A DNA stretch of 64,000 nt from assembly GCA_004431415.1 (NCBI GenBank), contig QPMI01000275.1, forward strand, positions 10,072 to 74,071. The letters run 5' to 3'. A program made the translations under genes and the position numbers. Below the pieces are notes generated by a model, which saw only the letters and a program-made list of their open reading frames with translations, did not search any database and was not told the origin of the DNA. This DNA comes from Cyanophora paradoxa CCMP329. Its lineage: Eukaryota; Plantae; Glaucophyta. Below are positions 60,463 to 64,000 of the stretch, piece by piece (the stretch's first letter is position 1; every line of letters starts with the position of its first letter).

Positions 60463-61599
60463 GCCGATTTGTCGTTCTCAAATTTTTATTCCGTGGGGAG
60501 GTTGAGGGGCTTTATTTATATATCATATAGCGCTAGCTATAGTATTCCGCGTCTTCCGCCTGTCATGATACTGGCACCCACTAGTACGTATACTGCCCCT
60601 CGCAGGCTCGCGTCTTCCCTCGGCCGCCGGGCCGCCGCCCCCGCGGCCGCCGGGCCGGCCGCGGCCGGCCCTCCGATTCTCGCCGGTTCCGCCGTAAGAG
60701 CTTAGCGTCGACGTCCCCTGCGCCTGATCATGATCATGATCATGAGCAGCGCCTCCCGCGTTCGAATTCACTTCCGGATCCGCGCGCGCGGTGCATGCCA
60801 TGATGTACATGTAGATATCACCATTCATGCCCCGCGCCGCGCGCGCGGCGCCGGCCGCGGCCGGGCCCGGCCGGCCCGCCGCCGGCGGCGGGCGCCGGGC
60901 GGCGGGCGCTCCGCGCGCGCCAGCTGCAGGCGCCGCCGCGCCGGCTCGCCGCCAGCCGCTGCGCGCCGGCGCCGGCGCCGCCGGCCGCGTGGGATAATTA
61001 AATGCGTATATACGAATATTTTTGCACATATATACCGAGGTACGTGGAGTACTAGCACCGTGTACAGCTACGAGCCTCCAAGGTATACACGTGGGGTACT
61101 TTTCAGAAGTACTAGTACTTGAAACTTGAAAAAAGAAATTTAATTGCCATCACTGCACTGTACATGTGCACGTGACTGCAGCGGTACGCCGGAACCGCGG
61201 CGGTACGGTGGCGGTACGGTGACGCCGGTACCTATTCCTTGTGTATCATTTGCAATATCATCAATTAGAAAACTTAAGCTTCAAGGTACGTGTTGGGAGC
61301 TCCCAGGCTCCTAGTACTGTGGTACGGAATGGCCGGGTATACTGCCTTCATGATCCGCTAGACGGCGCCGGCGCTGGCGCGCTGGCCGGCGGCACGCGCG
61401 CCGCGCGTCGACCAGACAGCTTGCGCTTTCTCTCATCAGATCACTTTCCAACTTGCGTATACGCAACTTCGAAAGTTCGTCCAGCAGGGCAGATCTAGAA
61501 GCGCGCATCGCATCGAACGCCGAAGCACAGTCAGCTTTCTCAGAGCCCAAGCAGCAGCTGCAACGCCCTATCTATCTTCTTTCGAATTCCCGGAGTCCG

Positions 61600-62913
61600 A
61601 TGGGCGCTACGATGTCTTCTTCACAGCAAACGCGCATGAGCTCGAGGGTTTTCCCTTCCTCGCCGGAGCTCCCTTCGTCCGCTGCCGCAGCTGAGTGCAA
61701 GCTGATCGAAGTGGCGACCTCCGACTCCAGCCCGTGAAGCCGCAGCCGCAGCCGTGCTCGCCTCCGCGGCCCGGGAGCGTGCCGCGGCCGTACGCGTACG
61801 CGTCCATGGCCATTTCGCTGTGGACGATGACGAGACGGATTCGAAGGCGAAGCCGGCCCCGGCCGACGCCCCCGAACCCACCTGCAAGGTGCGGACCGCC
61901 GGCCCTGGCCTCTAGCACGTGCACCCGGCTGCCCGCGGCGCTAGCGCTCGCCTCACGCTCTCGCTCCCGGCAGGCGCAGTCTCCTTCTTCGCCTTCGATT
62001 TCGAGCGAGGAGGCGCAGTCGCAGGAGCTCGAGGCCCTTCTGAGCGAGGTCCGCCGGCGCCGGCCCGGCCCCGATATCGAGCCCCTCGAGCTCGCCCTGA
62101 TCGCGGTTGCCGCCTTCGCGCAGCTCTGGGCCGCGATCGTGAACGGCACCGCCAAGTCCGCCTCCTTCGTCTCCGCCGTCGATTTCGAGCACTACTCCGC
62201 CTTCCACCTGGTGCGCCCCGGCCCCGGCCCGGCCTGGCCCGACTTCTCGCCCGCTCCCAGCACTAGTTCTCACCCCGCGCCCCGCGCGCGCAGGCCCTCT
62301 TCCGCGCGCTGCGGACGAAGTGGACGCGGGACGAGGCGGTGTCCCTGGCCCAGGCGGACTGGCTGAGCGACTCGGTGCGGGAGGCGAGCGGGCAGTCGGT
62401 GGTCACGCGGCGGCACGTCCAGACGAGCTCGTGAACCTGGCCCTGTGGTGGCGTGCCCGGAGGACGGCGACGCGCTGGAGCCGGCGGCGCGGGGCGCGTG
62501 GTGCCGCGACTTCCTCGCCGCGCTCCTCGCGTGCATCGGGCGCCGGGACGCGGCCTCCGGCGGCCTCGCCGTCGCGCCCTACAGGAGGTCCCGTCGGCTG
62601 CTGCGTCCGCGCCGCCCTCCGCCTCCGCAAGCGCATGCGCGCCGCCGCCGCCGCCTCGGACGGCTCCGACGGCGAGGCCTCCGACTCCTCCTCCGCCTCC
62701 TCCTCCGCCTCCTCCTCGTCCGCCAGCGAGCTCGAGCTCTCGTGGAGCGAGGCGGCGGCGCGGGCGATCCTCAGCAGCCTCGAGCGCCCGGACATGAAGG
62801 TCGAGGAGGGGCAGCGGCGCCTCTGGGACCGCACGCACCTCCGCCGCCACGCCCTCGCCAACCGCCTCCGCGGCCGCCTCCAGGCCGGCGCCGTCACGCT
62901 CCTCGACTTCTGA
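61600..62913 (+). pseudogene. Frameshifted duplicate of the 56539-57859 gene (pseudogene or homopolymer sequencing errors)
   Basis: Single-base losses versus copy 1: agccccgtg>agcccgtg (gives a stop at 61737), gagcctcg>gagctcg, gtgggcg>gtggcg, taccagg>tacagg. Confidence 0.6.
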
Positions 62914-64000
62914 GCGCGCCGGCCGGGCCCGGGCCCTCGAGGCTTGAAGTCGGGGCTCCCGCCCTTCGCGGCGGGAGGCCTCCTGTCCTAATAGCTATAG
63001 TATCGTTATCGTAACGTTTCCGAGTTAACAACCTTCGTGAATGATGTATAAAGCGCCAGCTGTGCGAGCTTCCGTAGTACTACGTATATACGGTACGCTT
63101 AACTGATTTCACGCGTCTATAGCTAATTAAGTAATTATAATGTCCTGTAGCCTAGTAGCTACGATATCGATATCACGATATCATGCAAATTAAATATTAG
63201 ACATGTATAGACGACTCGATATATGGCATAATGTTTCAACACTGCAGCTGCAGCCACGCATTCCAAGTACTATGGTATTAATTACTGCGTATACATGTGA
63301 ACAATTTGAATTCGAATCGATCCAAGCAAATATTCAATCCATGGCCAATGACCAGGTTGGGGGCCTGGGTCTTCGGATCCGATCGATGATCATGATCGGA
63401 ATGCGACGTCGACGAACGGCTATGGGCGTGCCGCGCACTAGGGGGCCCCCCAGTTCCAATAGCTCGGAATCAGATAGTCTTACGGTTTCGGAACAACGAA
63501 GTTCCCAATTCTCCATACTGGAAACTTCGTAACTCTGGGAACTAATGATCAAAAAGTACAATTAGTTTTGGAGGCCATGGAGATCCCAAGTCAGGAGTTC
63601 CGAGAGCAATAGCAATTGTTCCGATAGGAAGAGCAATTGTTCCGACGACAAAGGGAAGAGTTCCCAGAAAAGCTATAAATAGCAGGCTCGCGCACCCGGG
63701 CGCCCGCACCCCCGCCCCGTGCACCCGGCCCTGCAGCGCCGGGGGTTGCCATGCATGAATACTGCAATTGCAACACAGCGCCGCCCGCGGCCGCGCACTA
63801 TCTAGCGCTAGCACTGCGGAGGAGGGAAAGGAGGGCCTTGGGCCAGAAGACCACTCGGCCTTCCAGACCCTGAACGTAGTGAGCTCTTCGTTGCCAGGAA
63901 ACTCGCGTGATATCCTCGGGGATCTGCACTCTAGACGTGAATGAACTGAATAAACCTCAAGGGGAGTGACAGAGCTACCTTTCTGCCCAGCACGTCCTCG

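Larger units (their letters stand above)
55156..63436 (+). repeat. Tandem segmental duplication (~55156-59945 vs ~60784-63436) with copy-specific insertions
   Basis: Shared blocks 55156-55503/60784-61167, ~56500-58212/~61562-63282 and 59796-59945/63283-63436. Confidence 0.9.

Noticed and set aside
59946-60532. Helitron 5' end on the minus strand (CTATATGATATATAAATAAAG...)
   Set aside because: It lacks a clear 5' TC and a 3' hairpin-CTRR end. The resemblance is only compositional.
63430-63800. 11-bp direct repeat gccgcgcacta as the TSD of a Mutator-like insertion
   Set aside because: No terminal inverted repeats lie between the copies, and homology to the sister duplicate does not resume afterwards.

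Overview
This is eukaryotic, very GC-rich, intron-dense nuclear DNA. Introns are mostly 50-110 nt, with a strong (G)CTGAC/CTAAC branch point and frequent GC-AG donors. The style suggests a unicellular alga, possibly a glaucophyte such as Cyanophora (inference only). Most of the supplied ORFs are GC shadow frames, so I reconstructed the real spliced genes by eye. Genes: (1) two inverted copies of a large type-I membrane protein (VWA-like, L-type lectin and filamin/Ig-like domains) at 1-4615 (+) and 26291-33061 (-), differing in sharply bounded hypervariable patches; (2) a Cys-rich (Ser-Pro)n surface glycoprotein head-to-head with a secreted two-domain prolyl-4-hydroxylase-like 2OG-Fe(II) dioxygenase; (3) nitrate reductase head-to-head with NRT2, plus a second inverted NRT2; (4) a DUF4392/D-glutamate-cyclase-like gene; (5) an Ada-like Zn-finger gene; (6) five F-box/LRR-like paralogues whose F-box exons appear shuffled relative to their bodies; (7) a tandemly duplicated unknown gene. 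One intron of the dioxygenase holds a 3.9-kb non-coding A-B-A element with a 79-bp target duplication, a hairpin-rich 1.04-kb repeat and a degenerate hammerhead-like motif, resembling a Penelope-like or retrozyme-type element. Several MITE/TIR elements are also present. No rRNA, tRNA or CRISPR array was found.
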